Source: Cetorhinus maximus
Lineage: Eukaryota
Direction of reading: 5' to 3'
NCBI RefSeq assembly: GCF_964194155.1
Contig: NC_135901.1
Location: 8,184,001 to 8,248,000, forward strand
Length of the DNA: 64,000 bases
Shown here: positions 49,101 to 61,694 of the stretch, piece after piece
Numbering within the stretch: position 1 is the stretch's first letter
Layout of the letters: every line of letters starts with the position of its first letter
Program-made: the position numbers and the translations under genes
Notes under the pieces: generated by a model
The model's input: only the letters and a program-made list of their open reading frames with translations
Database searches by the model: none
Told to the model about the DNA's origin: nothing

Positions 49101-49770
49101 ACTTATTTACTATACTCTGTGCATTTACATGCATGCACAATAACCCTGATTTGGCTTTTGTTACTTTCTCCCTTGCCCCGACTTTACCTATTAACTTACT
49201 CTTCTCTAAACTAGTACTCTCTGTCCCTCCCAGTATTTTGTGCACCCTGGTATTCCTCTCTAATATTTTCTCTTGGTTCCTGCACTCCTGCTGAGCTAGT
49301 TTAAAGCCCTCCCAACAGCACTAGCAAAACGCCCTGCAAGGAGCTCAGTCCCGGCTCTGTTCAGGTGCAATCCATCTGGCTTCTACAGGTGCCATCTCTC
49401 CCAGAGCCTGTCCCAGGAATCTAAAGCCCTCCCTCCGGCACCACTTTTCCAGCCATGCATTCATCTGCCTTATCCTCCTACTTCTGTAATCACTAGCACA
49501 TGGCACTAGGAGTAATCTGGAGGTTACTACTGCTGAGGTCCTGCTTGTTAATTTTCTACTTAGCTCCCTAAATTCTGATTGCAGGACTAAATCCTTCCTC
49601 CCTAAGTCATTGGTACCAATGTGGACCACGACCTCTGGCTGATCACCCTCCCCCAGAAGAATGTCCTTCAGCCGCTCTGTGACATCCTTGACCCTGGCAC
49701 CAGGGAGGCAACATACCATCCTGGAGTCACTTCTACGGCCACACAAACACCTGCCTGTTCCCCTAACTTG
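46195..49770 (-). mobile_element. Long degenerate CR1 LINE: ORF1 SGNH esterase, APE endonuclease, RT and 3' tail; nested tail fragment at about 48188-48340
   Basis: MVCCLPGARVKDV..VVVHIGTNDL (ORF1), YRPP..MGDFNYPNID (APE), GVPQ.LVLGPLLF..KFADD (RT). Confidence 0.92.
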
Positions 49771-50599
49771 CATCTTTCTCCAATTTCTCTCCTATCTTCT
49801 ATCTCACTCAGAGCTCATCTTGCCTTCTGCTTCCTTGACACTATTCTCACTAAACTGCTGACCATCCAACTTCCACATTTTAGACGATATCCTTAACGGT
49901 TCTCTCTCTCTTTTGGTACTGTCCCTCTCACGTTTAAATCCACTGTTGTCTCCCATCATTAAAAAAACCTTCGACCCCACCGTCCTCTCCCTCTCTTTTT
50001 GCTGACTTTGCACTTGCTGGTAAACTGTTAGATCTTTAATTTTTTTCAAGTTTGGATAAAAGGTTACTGACCTGAAGCATTCACTCTGTTTCCTTCTCCG
50101 TAGATATTTGACCTGCTGAGGTTTTCCAATAGTTTGTTTTGAGGTCGTGCGAACATACGAATTAGGAGCAGGAATAGGCCACTCGGCCCCTCGAGCCTGC
50201 TCTGCCATTCAATGAGATCATGGCTCATCTGATTGTAACCTCATTCCCGTCTACTCCCGATAACCTTTCGCCCCCCTTGCTTATCAAGAACCTATCCAGC
50301 TCTGCCTTAAAAAGATTCAAAGACTCCCCACCGCCTTTTGAGGAAGAGAGTTGCAAAGACTCATGACCTTCTGCGAGAAAAAAAATCCCCTCATCTCTGT
50401 CTTAAATGGGCCACCCTTATTTTTAAACAGTGACCCCCCCTAGTTCTAGGTCGGGTTTCCACCTGGAGTATTACAGTATTTTGTTTTTGGGTCAGAGTGG
50501 ATCCGTTTTCTCTGGAATGAGACAACAGGAACTGTCACCCTGTTCGACATGAAACTAAACTCACTGTTAATTCCTCATCAGTAACAATGTTAAACACAA

Positions 50600-50671
50600 A
50601 GTTTCCAGCCAGGATTGAACCGGGGACTTTCTCATATAAAGTAAAGGTGATAATCACTGCACTGGGGAAAT
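50600..50671 (-). tRNA. tRNA-Val-derived pseudogene
   Basis: Minus strand ATTTCCCCAGTGCAGTGATTATCACC...GAAAGTCCCCGGTTCAATCCTGGCTGGAAACT aligns with vertebrate tRNA-Val (GTTTCCGTAGTGTAGTGGTTATCAC...GGTCCCCGGTTCGAAACCGGGCGGAAACA); anticodon arm decayed. Confidence 0.72.
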
Positions 50672-50779
50672 GAGTGTGAATCCCCCCCGGACAGAGGGGA
50701 ACTGACCATCCATCTCTAGCTCTAATTCCCAAACAGAAAATGCTGCCAAGAATCAGCAAGTCAGGCTGAGTCTGTGGCC

Positions 50780-51175
50780 GCTCTCAGCGTTTGAAACCGT
50801 CATAATGCCCGGGTGATTGACGGCAGCTCCGGACCAATAGGGAAAGGGAGGGAGGGAGTGGGGCGGGGGGAACTGGAAGAACGCGCAGGAATGGCTGGTC
50901 CTCCAACCAATCGGAGTGAATGGAGGGGCGGGGGCTCGGCTGTGACTGAAGCATGCGCAGTGCGGGTAATGGCGATGGGGAGACGGGTCCACAATGGGTA
51001 AAGGGGGGGACGCCGGGGCGGAGGGAGCGATGGATCCGGCGAGTGGACGGAGAGGCTCCGGAAACATGTTGTGTAAACCGCAAACCCCGGAAATAAACTG
51101 ACCGGTTCCCCCCTCCCCGTTTGCACCGAGCGGGGCCGCAGCTCCCAGATCAATGAAGAGCCGGTTTGTATCAGG
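50780..51175 (+). promoter_or_regulatory. CpG-island promoter P7 and leader exon of ZNF unit 7
   Basis: Two CCAAT boxes, two GC boxes, GCATGCGCA, TAATGGCG, donor GTAAAG at 50998. Confidence 0.72.
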
Positions 51176-51189
51176 CTGGACATTGGTTC

Positions 51190-51670
51190 TTTTATTCATT
51201 CACGGGATGTGGGCTTCACTGGCTGGGGCAGCATTTACTGCCCATTCCTAGTTGCCCTTGAGAAGGTGGTGGTGAGCTGCCTTCTTGAACCGCTGCAGTC
51301 CATGTGGTGTAGGTACAGCCACAGTGATGTAAGGAAGGGATGTTGACCCAGTGACAGTGAAGGAACGGGATATATTTCCAAGTCAGGAAGGTGAGTGATT
51401 TGGAGGGGAACTTCCAGGTGGCGGTGTTCCCATCCAACTGCTGCCCTTGTCCTTCTAGATGGTAGTAGTCGTGGGTTTGGAAAATGCTATCGAAGGAGCC
51501 TCGGTGGATTCCTGCAGTGCATCTTATAGATGGTACTCACTGCTGCTACTGTTCGTCGGTGGTGGAGGGAGTGAAGGTTTGTGGATGGGGTGCCAATCAA
51601 GAGGGCTGCTTTGTCCTGGATGGTGTCAAGCTTCTTGAGTTTTGTTGGAACTGCACTCATCCAGGCATCC
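51190..51670 (-). mobile_element. CR1-group LINE 3' fragment
   Basis: AWMSAVPTKLKKLDTIQDKAA; same family as 27165-28850. Confidence 0.85.
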
Positions 51671-52705
51671 TTTGCTCCCTCGGCTTGACACATTTATTTG
51701 TCTGGCTAAAAGGATGGCCTCTTTCCTCATGTTCACAATTAAAGTGGTGGATTCCCCAGGAGATGGCTGACATTTAAGGGGACAGTAAAGTAATATAGGA
51801 CAGAGATATGCCTGGTGTTTTTATATGATATATATTAGATATGTTATTTATGATTCTGTCATAAAGTTAATTTATTATTATTTCTAGTCTTGTAACATAG
51901 CACTGTGCTATGTTATATATTTAGAGTCAGTCATTATGGCACAGAAGGAGTCCATTCAGTAATTCAAATCCAAGCTGATTCTCTGTAGAGTAACCCAGTC
52001 AGTCCTATTTCCCTTCTATATCCCCGTTCCCCTGCAAGTTTATTTCCTTCAAGTGCACACCCAGTTTCATTTTCATATCATTGACCATCTCCACTTCCAC
52101 CACACAGTGAGTTCCATGTCCAGCAGCCTGCCTGAACATTTTCAGGTCTCTGTGTCCTGGACAGGAAGCGATGGGCATGGATCTGTTAGGTCAGCAGATT
52201 GAGATTGGATGGAGAATATGTGGGATCGAGATTGACAGTCTTTGGGGAATGAAAGAGGAAAGAATGTTCCATAGAAAGTAGACTTGTGTGTTCTGAATTT
52301 CTATCCTGTACTGACAGTGATGACTTTGAGAAACTAACTCCATTTACAGGATATTAGAAATGGAGGATGTAAAGACAGAAATCGCAAACCAAACATTACA
52401 TCCAGACCTGACTTGATTTATGGGAGCTCAATATCATCAGTCTTTGAACTAGAAAGAGAAATGTTTGTTCTGTCTGCTTCAACAGATTTTAAAAGTCACT
52501 GTGTCTGGAAAATCACCAAGAAGCTCGCGTACACACACACGTGAGAGAGTTCCAATGCACTGACTTTGGAGAAAACTTTAACCAGATGCACAGACTGAAG
52601 AAACATTGCACCATTCACAGCCGGGAGAGACCGAACACGTGTACTGTTTGTGGATGAGGCTTCAGTTAAACATCTTACCTCAAGGAATGCAAGGACACCC
52701 GAACC

Positions 52706-53464
52706 ATGGAGAAACCATGCAAATGTGGGGAATGTGGGAAGGGATTCCGGTCCCCATCTGCGCTGGAATCTCATCGCCGCATTCACACTGGGGAGAGGCC
52801 GTTCCCCTGCTCTGATTGTGGAAAGGGATTCACTCAGTTATCCCACCTGCAGATACACCAGCGACTTCACACCGGGGAGAGGCCGTTCACCTGCTCTGAT
52901 TGTGGGAAGGGATTCACTAACTCTTCCAATCTGCGGACACACCAGCGAGTTCACACGGGGGAGAGACCGTTCACCTGCTCCAAATGTGGGAAAGGTTTCA
53001 GTGATTCATCCAGCCTGCTGATACACCAGCGAGTTCATACTGGGGACAAATTATTCAACTGCTCTGTATGTGGGAAGCAATTCAGCCGATTATGCAACCT
53101 TCTGCGACACCAGCGAGCTCACACTGGGGAGAGGCCATTCACCTGCTCTGAGTGTGGGAAGGGATTTGCTGATCCATCCATCTTGCGGAAGCACCGGCGA
53201 GTTCACACTGGGGAGAGGCCATTCATCTGCTCCATGTGTGGGAAGGGTTTCACTCAGTTAACCAACCTGCTCACACACCAGCGAGTTCACACTGGGGAGA
53301 GGCCTTTCATCTGCTGTGAGTGTGGGAAGGGATTCAGTGATTCATCCACCCTACTGCGACACCAGGGTGTTCACACTGGGGAGAGGCCGTTCACCTGCTC
53401 CATGTGTGGGAAACGATTCACTCGGTCATCTCACCTGCTGAGACACCAGCGAGTTCACCAGTGA
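52706..53464 (+). CDS. C2H2 zinc-finger protein, 9 fingers (unit 7, subfamily B)
   Basis: 252-aa ORF from ACCATGG; acceptor at 52348-52349. Confidence 0.92.
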   Translation: MEKPCKCGECGKGFRSPSALESHRRIHTGERPFPCSDCGKGFTQLSHLQIHQRLHTGERPFTCSDCGKGFTNSSNLRTHQRVHTGERPFTCSKCGKGFSDSSSLLIHQRVHTGDKLFNCSVCGKQFSRLCNLLRHQRAHTGERPFTCSECGKGFADPSILRKHRRVHTGERPFICSMCGKGFTQLTNLLTHQRVHTGERPFICCECGKGFSDSSTLLRHQGVHTGERPFTCSMCGKRFTRSSHLLRHQRVHQ

Positions 53465-53664
53465 TTACAGGGGTTGGATTCTGCTGTGATTGCTGCTGTC
53501 AATCACATTCAAGACTGAACCATGTTCATTCTGACAGTTGGTGAAGTGGGAAGGTCAAAGGGTTTCTTTCTGCTGTACTGGCCAGTCTTACAACTTTGTT
53601 TCCAGTGGTCTGGGAGTGCACATTTCCACTGAAATGTTCCACAGAAGCTGATGAAGGTCATTTA

Positions 53665-53900
53665 TTGCTGCAAAAAGAGACATGCTCTCGAAGTTTTCAT
53701 ATTGCACTTATCAGGACAAACACAAGAACACCAAATTTCAAAGGGAGCAACTATTTATACTGCGTGAGAAAAGGGTGCTGATTAGTTGGCAAGTCAGTTG
53801 CGATTGGTCAAGTTGTTGCCATGGAGAATTCACCAGAAAGCTCGTGACCTCAGCATTTAGTTGGATTCAAAAATGTTGCAATGCCTGGACATGTCCATTT
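53665..53900 (-). mobile_element. Penelope family II terminal repeat, degenerate hammerhead
   Basis: Homologous to the 39683 arm; minus strand TGTC-CTGATAA-GTGCAATAT-GAAA-ACT-TC-GAGA. Confidence 0.65.
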
Positions 53901-56529
53901 TGGCTTTAGAGTATCAGAGCTTTATGATGGTCCAATGTCACTTCCCTGCTTTTTTACTCAATGACCTGGATTTTCAGAGTCAGAAAGACTCACCTACCTT
54001 CAAAAATTGTGGGTGGGACCCGGATGCGGAAGTCCCACTCCCAGTTTTCACAGATCCAATTTTTGCCAGTAGGGGACAGGGGCAGTGCTTGATTCACACC
54101 CAAGTTGAACCTGAACTCAGCAGAGCCATCTGAACTCAGCACTGAGTTCAAACAGGCACCATTTTGCCTTCTGCAAGGGAGTTAACTCATAGTGTGAAAG
54201 TCATGACTTTATGGAGTAGACGTAAAGACTCTTGTTGGGTGGATAGGGTCTGTTTAACTGTCATGATCGAAAGTCTTTTTTAAATCCCCTGCTCTCCTGA
54301 CTTCGTCTGCAGCTGTCAGTGTAAGTGAAAAAAATAATTGGCTATACAATGTAGCATCAGTCCCAGCAGTTTCAGTAATTGCTGGCATTTCCCTAAGGGC
54401 TATTTATGAATGCTTGGCTGACTTCCAAAACCTACAGTCATCTCAGCAGCTGTTCTGAGTCCACACTTTGACAACTTAAAGAGACCATTAAGGGTTTAGC
54501 TGCCTTTGAAGTGGTATGGACAGAAGTATGTTGGTTTTTATATGAGATTAAACAAAAGTTTTGAATAAGGTTTCAAGAATGGGAGTTTTGTTTAATTTTA
54601 GATTTTTAGAACTTTATTTTATTTAATCTCAACCTGGCTCCTGGGGTCTGCCCATGGTGAATAATGTGAGTTGGGATGTAGGGTAAAAGGGGCTATGGGG
54701 GGTCCGTGCCATGGCAAGAGTTGGCATGAGCTGGCATGGAGTGTATAAGGGCCTTGGGGTCAGGAGGGGGCTTGCAATTGGCTCACTTGCAATTAGTGAG
54801 GAGGGATTGTGTTGGGTTGCTGCCCCTGGTGGGTGGGCAATTATTCCAAATAATCATGTCTATTAATTTATTTTTAAAACATTCTCTTGGCACGTGGGTG
54901 CCACTGGCGAGGACCAGAGATTCCAAAAGTTAACAATGCAACTGGGATCAAGCCCAGAGAATGGAGGCAGGCCTTTTAACCAGCTCACCTCAGTGCTCGG
55001 GCATCCTGTTAACCGCCTAAGCTCCGATTCCGGTGGCACAGCAACCAACTCCATCCATAACCACCACCTCAAAGCACCACCCCCCCCCCCCCCCCCCCCC
55101 CCCCTCCCCCTGCCCCCGAGTGAAGATCACAACATTTGGGAACCTTTAGACCGAGGCAGGTCCGGCAATTGGGAAATTTCCAGATCCAAGCTATCCACCT
55201 CGGTACCGAAGATCCAACCCAAGCTCTCTATTTCTGAAGCTCAAGATCCCCCATGCTTTGCTAATTCCTCTCTCACTGTGTCCTGCCACCTTCAAAGATC
55301 TCTGCACATGAACCCCCAGGTCCCTCTGTCCCTGCTCACTCTTTGGAACTGTGCCATTACGCCTGTGTTGCCTCTACCTGTCCCTTCTGCCAAATTACAT
55401 CACCTCAACTTTCCCTGTATTAAACTCCATCCGCCACTTCAGAGAATGTGAAGGGGAGATTGAAGTGTTAAACTAAACATACAGAGAATAGGAGGCACTG
55501 ATTGCTTTAATATGTCACCCACAACTGAAGATCCTTTAAATGCACATGAGGCTCATAGAGCACAGTAGGAGGCAATTGGAGGCTCTTTGAAAGAGTTTTC
55601 CAATTAATCCCATTGCCCTGCAATTTTTTCTTTCTTTCAAGAATCTGTCCAGTTCCCTTTTGAACGATACAGTTGAATTTACTTCCAGTCGGTTTTGAGG
55701 CAGTGGATTCCAAATCGTAACAACTCGCTGTGTTTTTAAAACAAATAATTCCTCATCTTGCGTGTGGTGTATTTGGATTTTCAAAAAGCATTCGGAAAGG
55801 TGTCAACCAGGAGGTTCATACACAAAATGAGGTCTCAATCCTCATGAATGATCGAGATGAGGGACTGAGTGTAATGTATCCAAATTTGCTGACAATTAAA
55901 CAAGGATTTGCATTTCTATAGCGCCTTTCACAACCACAGGATGTTTCAAAGCGTTTTACAGCCACTTTTGAAATGTAGTCACTGGTGTAATGTAGGAAAC
56001 TCAGCAGCCAATTTGCACACAGCAAGATCCCACAAACAGAAATGTGATAATGACCCAAATGATATGTTTGTGGTTATGTTGATTGAAGGATAAATATTGG
56101 CCCAAGACACCAGGAATCAAGGCCCGGGAGAGTGGGGTTCAGACAGTACCAAACAGCAGGACCTGGGATGTTGTGGGTGGGGGAGGTGAGTAGGTGTGGG
56201 CCGGGCTCGTTGTTTCAAACAGTTTTGCATCGTCCTCACTGAGCAGCTAGAGCTACAGACCTGACAGACCAGCTTAAAAAACAGATCTGTCAGGCTGAGC
56301 GTTCTGATATTTTCTAAGTCAGTCTGTCAGTGTCAGGTCAATTTCACGAGTCGCTGCTGCTGCCTCTGACCTTCAGGCAGCTTTGCAATTCCAATTTTTT
56401 TGAAAAGCCCGCCAGGAAACCACAAAGCTGCCCGAAGGTGAGAAGCAACAGCAGCAGAAACTGAGAGTTTTCCTGCTTGAGAAATAGTCAGTCAAATCCC
56501 TGTAATTTTACAACCAATTGGATGCTGTT

Positions 56530-56945
56530 GTGGGTAGGGGGTGGGGGGGAGGGGTGGGTAGGGGGTGGGGGGGAGGGGTGGGTGGGGGGGAAGGAGGGGT
56601 GGGGGGAAGGGAGGGTGGGGGGAAGGGAGGGGGCATGTTTAGAGGGGGTTGGGGGAAGTTTGGAGGGGGTTTGGGGGATGTGGGAGGGAGTTTGGGGGAT
56701 GTGGGGGTAGGTTGAAGGGGTGGTTGGGGGTAGGTTTTGAGAGGGGTTGTGGGGAAGTTTGGGGGTTGGGGAAAGTTCGGAGGGGGTTTGAGGGGTAGGT
56801 CAAGGTTTGGAGGGAAGTTGGAGGGATTTGGGGAAGTTTGGAAGGGGTTGGGGGAAATTTGGAGGGAGGTCGGGGAAGTTTGGTGGAGAAGGGGGGATGG
56901 TTGGAAGGACGTTCAGGGGAGCTAGAGGGGTTTTGGGGGTAGATT
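56530..56945 (+). repeat. G-rich low-complexity tract
   Basis: Dozens of GGG+ runs. Confidence 0.9.
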
Positions 56946-57817
56946 AGGTACAGATCTGAATTGTTTTTGTAAATGTAGTGATTCCTTTGTAGCCACTTTG
57001 CTAACATCAGTTGATTGCTCGGTGATTAATTATCTTTAAATAATCAGCATTGGGCCTCCACTTTCACCATTGCTACTGTCACTCTGCCCACTGCATGCAG
57101 GTATAATGAAAGAAAGACAAAACCTACATTTATACAGCACCTTTCACAATGCCCCGAATCACTTTCCAGCCAATTCAGCACTTTTGAGTTGTAGTCATTG
57201 GTGAAATGTAGAGGATGTTATCTAATGGTGGAGCAGGCTCATGGGGGTGAATGACCTACTCCTGCTCCTAATACATATGTGTGTATGGAGATAGGTGTGA
57301 TGAACAGTACTCGATGGCCTTTGTCATCTATAATTATCGTGCGAACAGAGGGTGTAATCCTGGCTGGAGTTCTGTTTATTTCGTTGCTGGTGAAAGTTTA
57401 CTGTGAGCAGGATTTGTGGGATGAGATCACCAGGACAGGAGTGCAGATTGAGCTCAGTGTGAATCAGTAACCTGTTTTACTATACATAATTCACAAGAGT
57501 CTTTTCCATATACTTCAATATTGTCCTTTTGTCCAGTTACCTGTTATCTCGCTCCATCTTGCTGTTTTTTCTGAGTTTTTTGAGGTTAGAAATATCGTGA
57601 TAAAGTTATGTTGCGTTGCAGATATTGAAAATATATTGTGGTGAGAAGCAGCAATCAGCAGAGTCTTCGGACTTGCTGATGACCAAACAGATACAACTGT
57701 GAGCCATTCAGTCTTCGTTCTCTGGCCCCTTAAAAGGTCTGTTGCACGGAGAAGCCTGAGAGCCTGGAAACAGGAAAAGCACTGGGGCCCAGGATTTCTC
57801 TCCCAGTCCCTGCTGGA

Positions 57818-58062
57818 GATAACTCTCCTGCCCTTCTTCGAAATAGTGGCTGTGGGTTCTTCTACACCCACCTGAGAGGGCAGACAGGGCCTTGGTGTAT
57901 TGCTCGACTGAAGGACAGCGGCTCTGACAGTGCGGCACTCTCTCAGTGTTGGCACCAGGAATGTCGATTTTGATTTTTGTTCTTGGGCCCCTGGATTGGG
58001 ACTGGAACCAATAACCTTCTGACTCAGAAGTAAGAGTGAGATCCACTGAGCCACAGCTGACA
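57818..58062 (-). mobile_element. DeuSINE (SacSINE1-like)
   Basis: tRNA-like head plus Deu-domain-like text gtgccgcactgtcagagccgctgtcctt...ctgtctgccctctcaggtgg...ctatttcgaagaagggcaggagagtt. Confidence 0.72.
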
Positions 58063-58774
58063 CGATAGACAATACAAATTTAGAAAGGGAAAGTTACCCT
58101 TTAAAAGCCCCCACCCTTTGCCTCCAGCACCTAAATCTAATAATAAAAACCCTAGTATAAAAAACACATACAGGACTGACAAATGTTACAGTGTTGGTTT
58201 AGAGCCAAAGTTTTGAGTTCCCATTTGAGTTCCTACGCCTTTCTGTCTCTCTATTGCGCATGTGAATGACAGCCAGGCGATGGAGCTGAAGGCTCAATGT
58301 AGCTGAGAATAACAGGGTTTGTGGCCCAGTTAGGAAACTGCCACGGACGTCGCACTAATAGAGGGACGTCGCACTAATAGAGGGAGACAGGAAGGTGCCG
58401 GAGGACTGACTGGGAAATGGGTCTCCAGCCAATCAGGGAGGGAGTGATGGTGGTGTGACCTCCCCGGGGTTCAATGCTCCTGTGTCCAAAGTGGGGAGTC
58501 ATGAGGACAGGGTACAGAGGAGCCAAAAAGAAACCATTTGGATCCAGAACATTGTTAAAACATCCTTTTACTCTGGTTGTCTTTGATCCTCAAGTAATTT
58601 TCTGGTTTTTTTAAACCATGTTCTGTTACATTAATAAATTTTATCAGTAAAAATATTTGATTTTGCTGGACTTTTGATTAGATTTATGCACTTTAGGGAA
58701 AGTGGGTGAAAGGAATTGGCAGGCTGTTTTAACAGAAAGTGAGTCCCTCTAAGGTAATTGGCAAAGCATCCAGG

Positions 58775-59095
58775 TGAGATGATGGTGGGGGAGTCCAGAA
58801 CCAGGGGTCACAGTCTGAGGATATGGGGTAGACCATTTAGGACTGAGATGAAGAGAAATTTCTTCACCCAAAGAGTGGTGAGCCTGTGGAATTCGTTACC
58901 ACGGAAAGTAGTTGAGACCAAAGCATTGTATGTTTTCAAGGAGTTAGATATAGCTCTTGGGGTGAAAGGGGTCAAAGGGTATGGGGAAAAAGCAGGAGCA
59001 GGCTATTGAGTTGGATGATCAGCCATGATCATAATGAATGGCGGAGCAGGCTCGAAGGGCCCAATGGCCTACTCCTGCTCCTAGTTTCTATGTAA
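58775..59095 (+). mobile_element. CR1 LINE 3' end
   Basis: SRTRGHSLRI.GRPFRTEMKRNFFTQRVVSLWNSLP plus tail. Confidence 0.88.
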
Positions 59096-59554
59096 ATTTT
59101 ATTTTTTTCACACAGCGAGTTGTTCTGATCTGCCTGAAAGCAGATTCGATTATTTATTTCCAAGGTGTAAATATTTGAAAGGGAAGAATTTGCAGGGCTG
59201 TAGGGAAAGAGGAGAGCAGTTGGATGAATCAGAAATTCCTTTCAAAGAGATGGCACGGGCATGATGGGCCAAATGGACTCCTGCAGCCTGTGAATCTGAG
59301 CTTCCTGTCTTTGTGAAGGTTAAAAGGGTCAAATTTCATTTCAGCCTCTTCCTGGTATATATATTTAAAGAGGCAAGTTTCTCTTTAGTTCTGAGGGACC
59401 GACATAACAATGTCTCCAATCCTCTATATATTTAAACATTGAAGATTGCATGGCCAATTGTAGTCAACAGCCTTCCTATAGCTCTCTCAGGAGGCAGCAA
59501 GAAAGCATTTTGACTGCTTAACAACAGCAACCTCCGCTGAACATGATTAAACCA

Positions 59555-60050
59555 CAACAACAAAAACAACCTGCATTTGTATAGCACCTTTAATCATCTG
59601 CTTCACAGGTGCCATTACTAAACAAAATTTTACACCGAGCCACATAAAGAGATGACCTGTAGCTTGGTTTTAAGGAGTTTCCTGAAGAAGCACAAGAGAT
59701 CAAGGGGCAGAGAGGTTTAAGGAGGGAATTCCAGAGCGTGGGACCCAGGCAGCTGAAGGCAAAGCCCCCAGTTGTTATGCAATTGAAGATATTGAAGAGG
59801 CCAGAATTAGTGGAGCACAGATATCTCAAAGGGTTTTAGGGATGGAGAAGATTACAGAGATGGGGAGAGGGGGATGTGAGACCATGTGGTGATTTGAAAA
59901 AAAGGATGCTGGGGAGGGATTTGAAAAAGAGGAGAATTTTAAAATCGAGGTATTGCTTGAGTGGGAGCCAGTATTGGTCAGTGAGCACAGCGGGTGATAG
60001 GTGAATGGGACTGAGTGTGAGTTGGGAGACGGGCAGCAGAGTTTGTTGAC
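59555..60050 (-). mobile_element. L2 LINE 3' fragment
   Basis: WLPLKQ.LDFKILL, FSCLGPTLWNSL; L2 tail with a (CAA)n end. Confidence 0.78.
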
Positions 60051-60534
60051 TGAAGAAAACTGGTCCAGTTCTGTACATTTCCCATTACACTACTTATGTC
60101 TAAGATCGAGCTGACATCAAACCTTTCCAATGGGATTGTGTAATCCGCTGATGTCATCGCATTCTATTGTGATGATGTCATAAGATTACATCAGCATTTT
60201 TCTGATTATATAATCAGCTGACACCAGACTATATACTTTATTGGGAGTGTGGGATTAGCTGATGTCTGTACAATCCTTTACCTTTGCGCAGTAAGCAGAA
60301 ACGGTCGTTTGTGTGATTTCATAAATAGAATTTTTAACTACATGTACATAACTTATTTTTGAATCCGGAAATGGTCCGGATCGTGAACATTTACCACTAA
60401 AATTAACCAATTTGCTAGTGCAAGCATATGTGACTTTTCAGCCAATTTGTTGTTCTTATTTACAGTGAATTGTTGGGGAGAAAAAAATGTTATTTCAACC
60501 AATCTCCCAATGTTATCAAATCCTTTTAAACATT

Positions 60535-60900
60535 TGAATATTGCTGAAAAAAGAGACATGCTGTCAAAGCTTTTCTTCTTGCACTCATTAGGATAGATGC
60601 AAGAATACCAAATGTCAAAGTGAACAACAGTTTATACTGTCTGAGAAACAGGGTGCTGATTGGTTGTCAAATGGACCCCGACTGGTTGAGGCATTGCCAT
60701 GTAGAATGCACCAGGGAACAGTTACCCAAAGCTTTTGTTCAAATTCAGAAATGGCAAGTCGACTCTGATTGGTTGAGATGCTGCCATGGGGAATGCATCA
60801 GGGAACAATTGTCCCCCAAGCTCCTGTTTAATTAAAAAGGCAAAATGCTTGGACAAATTCCTTTTGTGTGCAGAAAACAGGGCCCACTATTTGAATATGA
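60535..60900 (-). mobile_element. Penelope family II terminal repeat, degenerate hammerhead
   Basis: Minus strand TATC-CTAATGA-GTGCAAGAA-GAAA-AGCT-TT-GACA. Confidence 0.65.
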
Positions 60901-61694
60901 AAAATCCAGTGCCTGGATCCAGTTTGCATGTTCACTACATCTAATCATTTCTTCCTTTGGCCATACTCTATTTGTGTACCACGTTTTGTTCAAATCCATC
61001 CATTAGTTTTTAAGATATATTGTTACAGACAGACAAACAAATAGGGATGAAAACATTCTCTGTAAGGACAAAGCTGAAAAAAATAAATGTTTTTATTAAG
61101 ACCAAGGAAGCCTTAGGCTAATCCACAGCCAACAACCTGCTCTGAAAACTCTGCTGATATTTTGACAGCTGTGATAAATTCCACCCCAGCAGCAGAGACA
61201 ATCCACAACATTCCAAAGCAATCGCCATTTGAAATTAAACAAACCACAACAATTGAAAAGAAAAAGTCAATTCTCCTGATTTCCCAATGTGAACGGATCC
61301 TTCAAAAAAATTCCAGGATCCGGAACTGCACCAAAGATAGGACAGTTCTTGCATGGTTGGTGTACCAAGTTTCGGTAAATCCATCCATTAATTTGTGAGA
61401 TCAATTGTTTACAGACAAACATCTTCAATGGCAGAGGTACTTTCAGTACATTGACCAGCCCCAAAATCTATTCTCAGTCAGCATTTCACAGGGGGAAAGG
61501 GATGGATTCTCAGACAAGCAAGATAAGGCACCCCCTTTAAATAGCCAGTTCTCACAATGTATTCGGTGGCCTTTGGACGGAAGCAGATTGGACCACATTG
61601 GGAGTTCTTGCACTGCCTCTCCCCGCCACCCTCAGGTCAGCTGGCTCCTGCTCCTGCTGGAGAATCTGCCTGTAAGAATAGGAGTGTGTTGATT

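Noticed and set aside
53964-55220. Possible PIF/Harbinger-type MITE (gacctggattttc ... gaagatccaaccc)
   Set aside because: Terminal repeats are too short and degenerate to support by eye.
54894-55451. 185-aa poly-proline ORF
   Set aside because: Poly-C run joined to repeat-derived and reverse CR1 sequence; no domain signal.
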